The notes: a model not told the origin generated them from the sequence alone. DNA of 64,000 bases from Rhina ancylostomus (GCA_030265395.1 JARFYF010000104.1:57896858-57960857), one strand, 5' to 3'. Numbered from the stretch's first letter, positions 1 through 12,360 are shown. Made by a program: numbers and translations.

Positions 1-659
1 AGTTGGTAGCAGTCAAAACAAAAGGCAGATGGAGCCAGGTGGGCCCCTCTTTCATTTTATTTTCAAAATTCTGGCTGATTATTTCATAGAAAAATAATTA
101 TTTTTCAAATGTAATGAACTGTATTTCTTGTTTAAACATTGAGGTCTGAGGAACATCTGGTACTGCGGCAAGCACAGATTTACTGCCATCCCTGGTAAGG
201 AGGTGCTCAGCAACCTCCTGCTGCCGTATTAGAGATGGTGCTCCCACAATAATGCACCCTGAGCAGTGACAAGTTTCCTCGTCTCATCCTCCTTCAATCC
301 CTTTTGGCATTTGTTGGGATTATTTATCGCTGTTACATCTTTAGCATCATAAGGACTCTGGAGGGTTGGGGGTTCAAATGTCAGCTGGAATCAGTCTGTC
401 AGTCTGGTTAGAGATGCCAAAATCCCCTCAGTGTAGGACAGTGGTGAAAACGTGATTTATGATTACAGTACAGCCTTCATGGTTATTCTTCGTCACTGTC
501 AAAAAGTTTGTTCTTTAATTCGTAAACTCTGGATTACTGGTTTCGTAAACCAAGATATTCTTAAAAAATGTCAGCAGGTATGCAGTTCTCATTACAAAAT
601 AGTGGAGGCTGTGGCCAACACCTTACTCAAAATTAATTTGATTAAAGTGTTAGATTGTG

Positions 660-701
660 AATTAACTTCAACAAATCAACTTCAACAAATTAACTTCAAC
701 A
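660..701. repeat. Tandem repeat, 14 bp x3
   Basis: AATTAACTTCAACA / AATCAACTTCAACA / AATTAACTTCAACA. Confidence 0.9.
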
Positions 702-2123
702 GATATTTTAACATCTACTTGTAGCAATTAACTTCTATTGCTCTTTGGTACAAAATCATGCACAGAGAAATAGCATTCAAAAGGTTCAATAGAAACAAGT
801 GGAATTTTGTCATGTCTTGTCATTTTCAAAAGAATATCATGTCTTTTGTTTCAGTTTACCAATATAGTACTAGATACAGTGAGATACAGTATCTAGTACT
901 ACCTTCTGACAACAAACTTCCAAAGGCTCAAGCAATATAACTCAGCACTGTTCACAAGCAACTGGATCTTAAGCTGATATTAAGAGATGGAGAATCAGAG
1001 AATTTAAAAAAAAAATCTATTCAGCTGTGGTGTGTTATTATTTGAATATCTATTTGGAATTAACCAAGTGTTTTCTCATTGCTTTGATGAGACTATAGCT
1101 TTTACATAATGTAACCTTTTGGGAAAATTCATCAAATTTATGACTTAAATTTAAGGCAATGTCAGATAATGTCATATGTATCCACCAGCCTCAAAGACGC
1201 TCAGCCATTATTAAGAAACCTTTGTAAATTGCAGATAGGACCTTCTGAAAATTAGTTGCAGATAGAAAGGTTCCAAGTGACCCAGGCATGATCATGGAAA
1301 TAATGTTACCATCCCTTAACTACTTATTCCAAAGTTATGGGCAAAATTTAAATAAACTACCTTCATACTGACTTATTTCAGCATAATCAGTAGCAGAATA
1401 TGATTCAAGTGACGCCGTTATTCTATCATTAGTTCTTCATTATGGACATCAATCATCAGCAATTTAGAGCTCCTATCAGCTATGATCTTGCTGCTAGTAC
1501 CTGATACAGAAAAAAACATTACTAAGCAGTGAATGGGAAATGCCCACTTAACCCTTTGAAACCAGGCCTCCTGTCTGTTATGTGCAATTTTGTATTATTT
1601 TGGACCATTACCAACTTACTTTACCTCCTGTGAAAGGTTAAACATAAAGCATTCACCCAGAATTTGTCCTTGATGAAGAAAATATCCTTGCTGATTTCAG
1701 CAATATCAACATAAACAGTTAAGCCAGTATCCTTCAAATGTTTTGTTCATTAACATTCTCAGGGTCCTTCCAGCAGGGCCATACTAAGCTCCAGAGAGTT
1801 TGATCATCCACATTTATAGTTACTGTGCTGGCATTTAGTTTTATTTAGATCTGATTCCACCCTCGCAGCGCTGTGGCAGAACCCCCACCCCAAGTTTCTT
1901 TAAAATTAAACACACTACCACAGATCATTTTTATGGGATTTTGTTTCAAAGATCTCCATGTTAAATTCTTCTCAACAAATTCTGTACCCATCCACCAAAA
2001 AAATTAAACAAGTTGGTGCAGTCCAATTGCCACAAAACAGAGCAGAAGATCGGCTGGACTTGTGAAAGGATTTGCAACTAAAGTGCAGTGGCACACCTGG
2101 TTTTGGAGGTGTATTTTTGATCA

Positions 2124-2205
2124 CAATATTTGACTTGAATTAAGCAAAAGGCAGAAGTATAACCTGCAGTAGTGAAGGTTAAGGTTACTGATGTGAGTGG
2201 TAAGG
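2124..2205 (-). repeat. Left arm of a dispersed ~80-bp inverted repeat (partner 4077-4160)
   Basis: Reverse complement CCTTACCACTCACATCAGTAACCTT...GGTTATACTTCTGCCTTTTGCTTAATTCAA aligns to 4077-4160; first 22 nt identical. Confidence 0.85.
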
Positions 2206-2868
2206 GTACAAACTTCTGGAGGGGGAAAAGGATCCAAAGTTTTGCGACCCACTATTTATGTCCACTGTGATGTAGCCATTAAAACCTAAACTAACTTCTT
2301 CTGGAAGTAAAGGAAATACATTGCGAATGAGAGCACATGGTAGTGGTGGGAGATGTATTTTTACCTTCACTATTTGAGTGTACACTTTGGTGGAGAGAAA
2401 TGCCTCTTTCAGAATGGAACATGTCTGAATTTTCTTTCAATAAAGACAAAGATCAGGTACGTTTTAAAATTCGGGTTTCTCTCTTTGATAGTATATCATC
2501 AAAGAGGTACTCATCATAGTTGATAAGACCATTCTTTGCCAATATTTCTTTCCCTTTGAGTGTGTAGCAATACCAAAGCTTTCCATTCTAATCCATCTCA
2601 AAGTCAAAAGGACTAAGTCTGAAATGCAAGGTTAATTGGAGAAGCTTCATAATCTTTATGCAATAGCCTTATGGATGCTCTTACCAAATAAATGCAAACT
2701 CTTTCTTAAACATGATTTTGAAGTTTAAAAACGAAATGTTTGAAGAAAGCTATTAAATTTGTGACAATTACAGTTCTAAGGGCATCTCTTCCAAAGTTCC
2801 ACACTATAATTTTGTATCATGTGAATAATTTTGGTAAGGATGCAAAAGTAATGTTTACTATATATTGT

Positions 2869-3688
2869 TTGGTATTGATATTGGTTTATTATCGTCACAT
2901 GCACCGAGGTACAGTGAAAAACTTGTCTTGCATACCGATCGTACAGGTCAATTCATTACATAGTGCAGTTACATTGGGTTAGTACAGAGTGCATTGATGT
3001 AGTACAGGTAAAAACAATAACAGTACAGAGTAAAGTGTNNNNNNNNNNNNNNNNNNNNNNNNNNNNNNNNNNNNNNNNNNNNNNNNNNNNNNNNNNNNNN
3101 NNNNNNNNNNNNNNNNNNNNNNNNNNNNNNNNNNNNNNCCTGTATCTTCTGCCTGATGGGAGAGGAGAGAAGAGAGAATGACCCGGGTGGGTGGGGTCTT
3201 TGATTATGTTGGCTGCTTCACCCCCGAGGCAGGGAGAGGTATAGAGGGGAGAGGAGGGGAGGCTGGTTTCTGTGATGCACTGGGCTGTGTCCACAACTCT
3301 CTGCAGTTTCTTGCAGTCCCGGGCAGAGCAGTTGCCGTACCAGACCATGATACATCCAGATAGGATGCATCGCTAAAAGTTGGTGAGTGTCAAAGGGGAC
3401 ATGCCAAATTTCTTCAGCCTCCTGAGGAAGTAGAGGCACTGGTGAGCTTTCCTGGTCATGGCGTCTACGTGGTTGGACCAGGACAGGCTGTTGGTGATGT
3501 CCACTCCTAGGAATTTGAAGATCTCAACCCTCTCGACCTCAGCACCATTGATGTAGACGGGTGCATGTACACCGCCCCCTCTCCTGAAGTCAATGACCAG
3601 CTCTTTTGTTTTGTTGACATTGAAGGAAAGGTTGTTGTCATGACACCATGTCACTAAGCTCCCCGTCTCCTTCTTGTACTCCAACTCA
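2869..3688 (-). mobile_element. 5'-truncated Rex1/Babar-type non-LTR retrotransposon (RT C-terminus, 3' UTR)
   Basis: ORF 3373-3684 (LVTWCHDNNLSFNVNKTKELVIDFRR...FKFLGV...RRLKKFGMS) and ORF 2956-3348 (WYGNCSARDCKKLQRVV...HPGHSLFSPLPSGRRYR) are typical Rex1 RT C-terminal motifs; short-repeat tail near 2870; internal 100-N gap. Confidence 0.92.
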
Positions 3689-4076
3689 TTGCTGTTTGTA
3701 AGACAATCTGAAATAATATTTGTCTTGTGCCATTTTGATGAGGATAACCAAACTTCAATTTAACCTCAAAGTTGTTAAATATGAAATAACAACTTCTTGG
3801 CTGGATAAAATAAAAGGACACTAGTACCAAAACCAACTTAATTTGAGTACAATCTCACATTGTATTCACTCAGTCAATTACTTGGGCCCAATAATCCCCA
3901 AGAGCTGCTTCACTGATAGGCAGATTGCATGCAAATACATTGCAAGAAAACTGATCAAATTTTCTTGATCCATTGAATATTCTGGTCAGGGAGCTCCTGA
4001 TATATTTCATCATGTTGGTTAAACACTAGACAGTAGATCAACTCAATTCACAGCTGAGCTTGTATGTGTACAGTAG

Positions 4077-4160
4077 CCTTACCACTCACATCAGTAACAT
4101 TAAAATTCGCTGCTGCTACAGGTTATACTTTTGCCTCTTGCTTAACTCAAATTCACATTG
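4077..4160 (+). repeat. Right arm of the dispersed inverted repeat (partner 2124-2205)
   Basis: CCTTACCACTCACATCAGTAACATT...GGTTATACTTTTGCCTCTTGCTTAACTCAA. Confidence 0.85.
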
Positions 4161-4164
4161 GAAG

Positions 4165-4450
4165 GAGTCACAGATCATATACCACAAAAACAAGTTCTGC
4201 AGTTCATCACATGCATTCTGAACCATTAAGTGCCCATCTATACTAATCCCATGTATCAGCACTTGGTCCATAGCCTTCTCTGCTTTGGTGATTCAAGTGC
4301 TTGCTGAGATATTTATTTAAAGCTGGCAGAGTCACCCTCAGGCTGAAGAATTTCTAACTTAGAACGGCTCTAAACCTCTTAGACCTAAACATATGCCCTC
4401 TAGTTTTAACAGCTCGATGATGGAGAGAAGTTTTCCACTATCTACTCCAG
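4165..4450 (-). mobile_element. Degenerate CR1 LINE 3' end
   Basis: Resembles the reverse-complemented CR1 3' end seen at 26127-26642 (ACCTAAACATATGCCCTCTAGTTTT). Confidence 0.7.
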
Positions 4451-5899
4451 AATTAATCTAAATTGAATTGAAGTATGCTCCTAAGACAGAAGCACAATGA
4501 GACAGCCATCATAGAAGTGGAGAATTTTCCTGAATTAACGAGTCATTTTCTTTTAAATTATAGTGAACTAAGCAATCTAACAATTCTGTTCGATCCATTT
4601 AAAAATATCAATGAGAAAAGATTTTTATAATCAAACTACTTCTGAGACTAAAGTGGACATAGTTCCAATTAGACTCTCAAAAAAATAATTAGCCTAACAA
4701 AAATTGAAAAAGGTTCAATCTCTCATTTGTTTTGAAGCCAAGAGCTAATTTAAAATTCCATTTGGAGATGATTGTGGTACCTGGTTATTGACTTTACGAA
4801 GACTTTAGAAAAGTCTAGCTACTCATTGCCTTGTGAGGTGGTTTACACCTCTTGGCACATTTAAACTGTATTCTTCACTTAGTTGTTTTGAGGAGGAGCT
4901 GAAAGGTGACACTCAAGAATGAGAGCAACATTTTAACTTGCCCTCATCACGTCAGTGGGACATTCGTCAGTGGGCTGGGCTGTGGCCCAAATGAAGAAAT
5001 AAAACAGAACTGCAGTTTTGTGCACCATTAATTTGAGTAGATCATAAAATTAAAACTGCTCCCTTTATGTCAACTTTTATGCTGACATTTGGTGTCAAAT
5101 GCTTGATGAAATTTGAGTTCCTGCTGTAGTTTCTGTTCAATCACTGTTCATTTAACAAAATGAATGCTTGATTGTTACAACATGGTGTACTTTTTCTTGG
5201 ATTCCTACTGAAACTCAAAGAATGTATTTACTTTCAATAGCTTAAAATGTTTCTTTCTAGTGGTTTAATAACTTATTGTACAATAGCTATATTGCATTAC
5301 TGCTCCCCACCAGAACCCAAACATCAAAATCAAGATTAAACCTCCATTATTAGAGGCTGCACCAGTGATATCTTATAGTTGGTAACACAAAGAAGAAAGC
5401 AGACATTGTGAAGTTCCTTTGTTGGGTAGGAATGAAGCCATTTAGAGATAAATCCCCTGGAGCTCAATGATGAGGAAGAGCTGATGGAAGACAATTGTAA
5501 GGTGCACACCATTTAACAGTCAAGGTGGCTGAAATTGAACTGTGTGTCACTCTTTACCTGAGATGGAAGATTTACCAAGAGTGTGACTGTGACATGCACA
5601 AGCAATGATTGATTTGCTGAGTGTCAAAGGTGGAAATCACCAAATCATAAATTAGCTTCTGCAACTGAAATTTAAAACAGCCGAGGAGAAGTTCGATATA
5701 AAACAAATTAATTTAGATTTAAAGACTTGCTCCTGATATTGTGCTTTCTGATCATGGTCCAGTGGTAGGAAGATTGTAGGACAAGGGGAAACTACCTGTA
5801 GCTACCATTACTGCAGCTTAATGATGAGACAGATAGAAGTATGATTCTGGTATTTGTTGTCCTGACTCACTGCAACGGAACATGCGAACATTGTGGAAT

Positions 5900-5915
5900 C
5901 TGCCACCTAGTGGCC
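5900..5915 (-). promoter_or_regulatory. Candidate CTCF binding site
   Basis: Minus strand GGCCACTAGGTGGCAG matches the CTCF core CCASYAGRKGGCR at every position; lies outside recognisable repeats. Confidence 0.55.
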
Positions 5916-6107
5916 TATTTGGGAACCAACTAAATGAAGAATGGAGTTTTAACTTAATGCCTTGATGTCAGTGTTAACTAATAGAATACTTCACTATCCT
6001 TAAATGCATTTAGATCAATCAGCATGGTAGAGGAACAGAAGAAGTTCAGTTGCAACTGGACCCTAAATAGCAACTCTCAGGTAGTTTCAGGTAATTATGA
6101 TTGCAAT

Positions 6108-6610
6108 TGTCGTGGATTACTGAGATTCGAGAATGACTGGGAGACGCAGAAGATTCTTCAAGAAATTAAACTTTTATTTGCAAACAAAGGCTGTGATGGT
6201 CAGCGAGTTAGTCACTGATCGCCCCCAAATACAGCTTACGGTCCCTTTTTTATCCCCATTACATATGTGACTTCAAGCATCCAAGCACAAATAGCAGAAG
6301 TAAATAGCAGAAACAAATGGCCGCGGTGGCCAACCATAACTTCAGTCCTAGCCCCTCACTCTTGAGGAACTAGGTATAATTAGATTGCTGCATGGCAGAC
6401 AAGACATAAGATCACGCCATATTGAAAGATATCACCATTTATGGATAGCCCTTAGTTATTGTCAGAACATTACCAGACATGGGGAGCCGTTAGTCATCGG
6501 CAGAACATTAGCTACCCAGAAGACCATTCTCAATTATCTTTTACACTTCTCCCACAATTCCTAGTTATCTAGTACCAGATTATGAGTCTTTATTTTCCAT
6601 ATATTCTACA
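6108..6610 (-). mobile_element. Solo LTR of an ERV/LTR retroelement, 503 bp
   Basis: TGT...ACA termini; 4-bp TSD CAAT at 6104-6107 and 6611-6614; minus-strand AATAAA at 6173-6178; TATA-like GATAAAAA near 6246-6253; short internal direct repeats (AAATAGCAGAA x2, CAGAACATTA x2). Confidence 0.85.
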
Positions 6611-6895
6611 CAATGTCCTGCTGTGATCCAAACTGCTCACATCAGTGTTAAATGTCAAATGTTTTGAAGCTCAAATCCATTGTTAAATCATTGAGTAAAT
6701 GCAGCTATATCCTGGGCAAGAGAGTTTCAAATCATGAAAGACAACAGACTAGCACTTACAGAGTGCCCTACACATCTCCTTCATAAGCTCTTTACAGCAG
6801 AGTACTTCTGAAGTGTAGTTACATGTCATGCAGGAAATGCTGCAGCCAATTTGCACACTGCAAACTCCTACAAGAATAGTGCATTAATAAGTGTC

Positions 6896-7020
6896 GACAC
6901 AAGAGATTCTGCAGATGCTGGAATCTGGAGCAACACACACAAAATCCTGGAGGAACTCAGCAGGTCAGGTAGCGTCTATGGAGTGAAAGAAACAGTTGAC
7001 GTTTTAGGTCGAGACCCTTA
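6896..7020 (-). mobile_element. Penelope-associated terminal repeat fragment
   Basis: CTGCAGATGCTGGAATCTGGAGCAAC...GGAGGAACTCAGCAGGTCAGG; the same unit terminates the Penelope RT relic at 59240-59360. Confidence 0.75.
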
Positions 7021-7049
7021 CCTGTTTCAGCAGCGTTGTCCAGAATATT

Positions 7050-7345
7050 GCAGTGGTGCACCAGGTAGTGCTGCTGTCTCAGAGTTCCAATGACCTGGGT
7101 TTTATATTGATCTTTGGTGCTGTCTCTATGAAGTTTGCATGTTCTCCCAATGATCACATGGGTTTCCCCATGGTGCTCCCAAAGACAAGCAGGTTGGTCA
7201 GTTAATTAGTTACGGTATATTGCCTCCAATGTAGATGGGTGAAAGGAGAATCAGGGAAAGTTGATGAATGTGTGGGAGAGAATAGGTTAGAGAAAAATGG
7301 TGGAGAGTGGGATTGCTCTGAGATCAGTACAGACTTGATAGACTG
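7050..7345 (+). mobile_element. Degenerate tRNA-derived V-SINE (HE1-like)
   Basis: GTTTGCATGTTCTCCC...ATGGGTTTCCCC...GGTGCTCC V-domain core. Confidence 0.7.
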
Positions 7346-10300
7346 AACGTATTACAAATAGGACGAGGCATGTTTGAGAAAATCTAGGATAGGCTCTAAC
7401 TCTTCAAAATGGTGCTGTGGGATTGCTTACATCAACCTGATGGGGTCTTGATTTAATCCCTCACCCATGACACTCCAACAATGCCATACTCCATCAAAAC
7501 TGCAGTGGAATGTCAGCCTAGGGTTGGTGCTTGGTTTCCATAGCTTGGCGTGAATCTCCGACTGTCTGAATCTGAGGCAAGAGCGTTACCAGCAGAGCCA
7601 CAGCTCACGTGCAACAGCACAAGTTATGAAAGTGATATATCTCTCCACAGGATAGTTAGACTGTTGTTGAAAGCCATGCACGATTCCGGCCAAAACGAGA
7701 GAGAAAATTCAAAAACCTTGAAGAGTGGCAACCGAAATAAAAGCTGACAATATTAGGAAAAGCAAGTGTTGGTGGATCATTATAGAAGCAACAACAATAA
7801 TTCAGGTTCATCGTTGAAGGGTCCCAGCTGATACATTATGTTTTGTTTTTAGAAACTAACTTTGGATTTCCAATATGTTTTTTTGTTCTATCTTAATGGT
7901 GACTAATGACAGCTATTACTAACATAATATATTGACATATTTAAAGGAACACCCAAAGCCAGGCTACATTAACTCATGGAATTATCCCTAATTATATTAA
8001 GAACAAATAATGTGGACAGCTTCTGGAATATTTGGGAAGTACCAATTGTCTTTCAACAGCAAAACTACAAAAGATGCTGTGTATTTAGTTATTACCAAAT
8101 AAGATCCCTTCTAGAGTGGTTTGCATGTTTTTAAGAAGACCGATTCCATGTGTAATTATATATTTCTATCTACAATATGTCTTGCATTCAGCCCATGACT
8201 TTCAGCCTGAAATTACCCTGCAAGATCAGCAAGATGCCTTGGCAGCATTTTAGGCAAGGCAGTCAAGGAACTATTCTGTATCCCTCGTGTTGCCAAGGGT
8301 CTCAGAGGAACTGATTCTCCTATGGAAATCAGCCCACTTTTTGAGAGAGGAGCCTCTCCTTTCATTGTTAATTTTCTCAGGTCTTGGAGTGAATTGACCC
8401 AAAGTGGAGGTTCCTGACCCAAAGTGACTGCCATGACTCTGCTGCAAACAGCAGCAATTCCCGTGCTAAATCTTCCAACCTTGGGAAGTGAGGTGGGGTT
8501 CAACCAGCTTTCATGGCAAGAACCAAATGCTGCCAGATGTTAGGTTTAAAATTAAAGCAGAAACACAGACCAAAAATCTACTGGTGTAACTTAAAGATTT
8601 TATCCATCCCTTTGGCTACAGCAGTAGCTGGCTCTTTAAATCAGATGCAGGTCATATTTAAGTAACTGGTACTAAGAAAAATAGGCTACTTAAGACCCAG
8701 GGTCAGTCAGTCAAGGTGACCAGGATAACAGGTTTCATTGTAAAGCAAGACCCACATTTAGGAGCGTCAAAAATTAGCCACTTAGTGTTGATGGTCACAT
8801 TTCTAAAACAGAGGTCGCTGATGGCACTGCGGCAGCAGAGAAGAGAAACAAGCAGTGATTGTGTAAAGGTAAATTCTAACTGCATCCTGGTCGTGTACTA
8901 GCTGCATGCTGCATTGAGAAAGGCCATGAAAACACTGACAAATAGTATACTCTGGAAAAGTCTCAGGTTGTAGATCTGACACGGTGAGCTCCTTGGGGTT
9001 NNNNNNNNNNNNNNNNNNNNNNNNNNNNNNNNNNNNNNNNNNNNNNNNNNNNNNNNNNNNNNNNNNNNNNNNNNNNNNNNNNNNNNNNNNNNNNNNNNNN
9101 ACGGTGAGCTCCTTGGGGTTGGTACCACAGCAGTTACACTGATAGTTGCATTTGTACTCTGTCACTGCAGTGAGAATAATCTGCATTTTGCATATCTCTA
9201 ACCATGTGTTCAACGTTCTACTTCTTACAGACAAGCTGATACTAGAATCAATTGATGCTTGTGTACTATTTTACAACATCAAATGTTTAAGTAAATTGTG
9301 CAACAAGATCTCCCAAACCATCAGCCAGAGGAATTTATCTAGCAAGATCAGAGGACTTTGAAAGATAGAGATTAACAGGCTGCATAGAACAGATAATAAA
9401 CTCAGATCAAGATTAAATGGACTTCTGTGCAAAGGTACATGCCAAAAAGAAGCATTTATTTCCATCCTTAAAAATCAAGGTCTAAGGGAGACAGTAGCTC
9501 AGAAAGGAGCAATGGTGCTGTAACAGACTAAACAAGGAAGAAACTATCAGCAGAGGGCATCTGTTGTGCTTCTGAAATCCCAGATACTGCTACTGGCAAT
9601 GAAAGCAATATGAAAAGGATGGTCCAGTACCTTAATCTTGTGCTTTGAATCTCTTCAGCCACTAAGTAGATCAACTACTTTGAAAGACTACGGTACAGTA
9701 GGTCGAGTGGCATTCCCAGCCCTCCTGCAAATGGCAAGATCAATTTATGCCAGAATAAAAAATGTAGCTATATATGTCATAGAATAACAGACAATGGGAG
9801 GCTGTTCACCCCATTGCACTTCTGACTTTGGAAAAGGCTGGATATTTAGCCACAGTACTTTGCTGTTTGCCCGTGGCTTTACAAACATTTTCTTTCCAGG
9901 TATTTACCAATTTCCTTCTTGAAAGTCACTAATGAATCTGTTTGCAGCACAATTCAACAAAATATTTGAGAAATAACTGTGTGCTACACAGGACTTTTTT
10001 TTGCCAAAAATCCCCCTGAGTTGAAGTATTTTTTGCCAAATAAAAACCTTCATAATTCTAAATATTAATGCCAGTAAAAAGTAAATTTTGAAAAAAATAA
10101 TCCATTAATTAGAAGTAGATTACATTGTTTCAAATATGAACGTTCAATCCAATAACTATATTTTTGAAGTCTTCCTATTGCTTGACAGGTGACAACACAG
10201 CTATTTGGAGTTTTTAGTTTAAAATCTTCATGAAAATGTTTTATTCTCTCGTGTTCTCCACACAGTCTACTGACAAATAGAATGGTGCTGGAAATTTATT

Positions 10301-10371
10301 GTTTAACTGCATTGATATTTAGAATTATGAAGGCTTTTGTTCAGGAAGGCAAAAGGTTCATAACCAAAGAG

Positions 10372-10665
10372 CAGGCACGGTAGTGTAGCAGTCAGCGTAA
10401 CATTATTACAGCACCAGAGATCCGGGTTCAATTCCTGCCACTGTCTGTAAGGAGTTTGTATGTTCTCCCCATGTCTGCGTGGGTTTCCTCCAGGTGCTCC
10501 GGTTTCCTCCCACATTCCAAGGATGTACGGGTTAGGAAGTTGTGGGCATACTATGTTGGTGCCAGAAGTGTGGCGACACTTGCGGGCTGCCCCCCAGAAC
10601 ACTCTACGCAAAAGATGTATTCCACTGTATGTTTCAATGTACATGTGACTAATAAAGATATCTTA
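10372..10665 (+). mobile_element. Near-complete, relatively young tRNA-derived V-SINE
   Basis: Pol III A-box-like TAGTGTAGCAG, B box GTTCAATTCC at 10426-10435, V-domain GTGGGTTTCCTCCAGGTGCTCCGGTTTCCTCCCACA, tail GTGACTAATAAAGATATCTT; CpGs partly retained. Confidence 0.92.
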
Positions 10666-11309
10666 TGAAGATAATTGACAGAAAGTCCAGCACAGCAAAG
10701 ACATTTCTGGAATGCATTGTCCGAATCTGCTCCACCTTTGTGTCTATGTCAGAGAGATGTTCTCAATCACTGGTGGCCTTGCAGATCACGAGTTGGTAAT
10801 AATTTAGATTGGCATCCTCAACACTGGGGAGTGGCTGGAGTTACCACAAGGTGGAGCACTGAAGGAAATGGTGCAACAACCAGATGTTTGCAGAGAGACA
10901 GGATGGTCCAGCTAAAGGTCTTAAATTAATATCTTGAAACTGACTCCTTAACAAAGTGTGACCCAATATATGCTTATTCAATGTCGATGATGTATACTTC
11001 TGCTTATGAAAGGTCTTGCAGAACTGTCTTTTGCAGATGCACACTTCAATGGGACCACAGGAGGCATGATCACTGGGCACGTAGGTGCAGTCCTGCTTAC
11101 TCTTATTCTGCCCAGTTGCAAGTGGATGGATTCAACTGTTGGTTACTCTTGCCCCCGCATCAATTTCAACCCTGCTGTTATCGGGTACTGCCCTATTGTC
11201 CCTATCCACCTCAATTACACCTACCTCCCTATGCAGTGTTCTAATTATGTACTACTAGAAATTAGAGGGGAGATCGAGGTCATTTAGAAAATGTGTGCTT
11301 GCTGCTGTT

Positions 11310-11590
11310 AGTTCTTCAAATGGGACATGAAAGTAACTAGTAAAGCCATAGTTCCTAGTTGCCTCTTGAGAAAATCATACTGAGCCTTCTTGAGCTGAAG
11401 CAGAACTTGGCAGCATAGGTCAGGTACAAGTGAATGATTTGCTAGACCATTTCAACCTCATTCCCTAAGGGTGAAGAGTGACAAATGGGCTCGACATGGG
11501 CAAGGAAGTAATAATTCCAAAGTGAATATTAATGAATCAGTTGGGTTTTTACAACAATTCCGTAGTTTCACAACTACCATTACTGTTGAA
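11310..11590 (-). mobile_element. Very degenerate SINE/CR1-tail fragment (family of 23060-23370)
   Basis: ATATTAATGAATCAGTTGGGTTTTTACAACAATT resembles 33088-33110. Confidence 0.5.
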
Positions 11591-11724
11591 ACAATGGATC
11601 TTGCCTGGACAATCCTGCTGTTGGGTCTTGAGCAGGTGGTGGAATCTGGCTGCATGGGGTTGGGAGACTACAAGGCTGGAAGCCATGGAGGGAAGAGTTC
11701 CTGAGGAAATAAAGTCTGTGATGT

Positions 11725-11865
11725 AGGGTTCTGATGAAAGGTCTTTTACCCAAAACATTTACCCTGTTTTTGTTTCTCCAGATGTTGCCTGACCTACTAA
11801 GTATTTTCAGCATTTTCTGTTTTTTTATTTCAAATTTCCAGCACCTGCAATTATTTGGTTTTGAT
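11725..11865 (+). mobile_element. Penelope terminal repeat with decayed hammerhead core
   Basis: CTGATGA at 11731-11737, then AAGGTCTTTTACCCAAAAC and GATGTTGCCTGACCTACT...TTTCCAGCACCTGCA. Confidence 0.75.
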
Positions 11866-12029
11866 AATCATTAATTCATATTAGCTTTTTCTTTGAAAAG
11901 GTTTCATATTATTTAATAAACTCAGTTTAATTTCCCTGCTATGGTAGGATTTGGATTTGTCTTCAGATCTTCAGGTCAAGTCAGTGAATTAACAGTCCAA
12001 TAATTATTTGCTCTTCTAATGTTGTGGCA

Positions 12030-12360
12030 AGCTGTATTTCCCCATCCTTTCTCCATACTCTTTAATGCTACCTCTATTTTTTTCAAGATAGAAATGCAGT
12101 TCCATTTCAAGTTATGCTATGCTGTCCGACTCAAAAGCCACCACACTAAATCATTCCACATTCCAATAACATTTTGTATGAACATTTTCTTCCTATTTCC
12201 TTCTCTTTTTCAAATATTATTAAGCTGTGTATTCTTGTCAATTTATCATTTTATGGAAACAATTGTTAATTGTCTGTGGTATCAAAATCTTTCATAAATT
12301 TTGAAAAGCTGAGATTACCCTCAACATATCTGTTCCAGTGAAGGAAGGTTCAAACCTTTC
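12030..12360 (-). mobile_element. Degenerate CR1 3' fragment
   Basis: TCATTCCACATTCCAATAACATTTTGTATG, similar to other CR1 ends in the window. Confidence 0.5.

Larger units (their letters stand above)
6745..7610 (-). mobile_element. Old Deu-domain SINE (SacSINE1/AmnSINE-like) split by later insertions; pieces ~6745-6890 and ~7380-7610
   Basis: GCAGCCAATTTGCACACTGCAAACTCC and TCTGAGGCAAGAGCGTTACC...GAGCCACAGCT match the reverse complement of the recalled DeuSINE 3' part and tRNA-like head. Confidence 0.65.

Noticed and set aside
1613-1655. Minus-strand TTTAACCTTTCACAG|GAG|GTAAAG, possible 3-nt microexon
   Set aside because: Weak pyrimidine tract and ambiguous donor; easily chance.
1650-1750. 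Minus frame HLKDTGLTVYVDIAEIS, resembling a TIR-domain start
   Set aside because: Too short, bounded by stops, no further motifs.
3700-4830. Peptides vaguely like alpha-2-macroglobulin/complement MG2 (LPISEAALGDYW; FKIPFGDDCGTW)
   Set aside because: On opposite strands, stop-ridden and without exon structure; similarity not credible.
8213-8503. 96-aa minus ORF with possible splice sites
   Set aside because: No recognisable protein and a weak acceptor.
10372-10440. tRNA-like A/B boxes
   Set aside because: SINE head, not a tRNA gene.
10841-11080. CICKRQFC...STLNKHILGH, BED zinc-finger-like
   Set aside because: Spacing is off and no transposase or TIRs are nearby.
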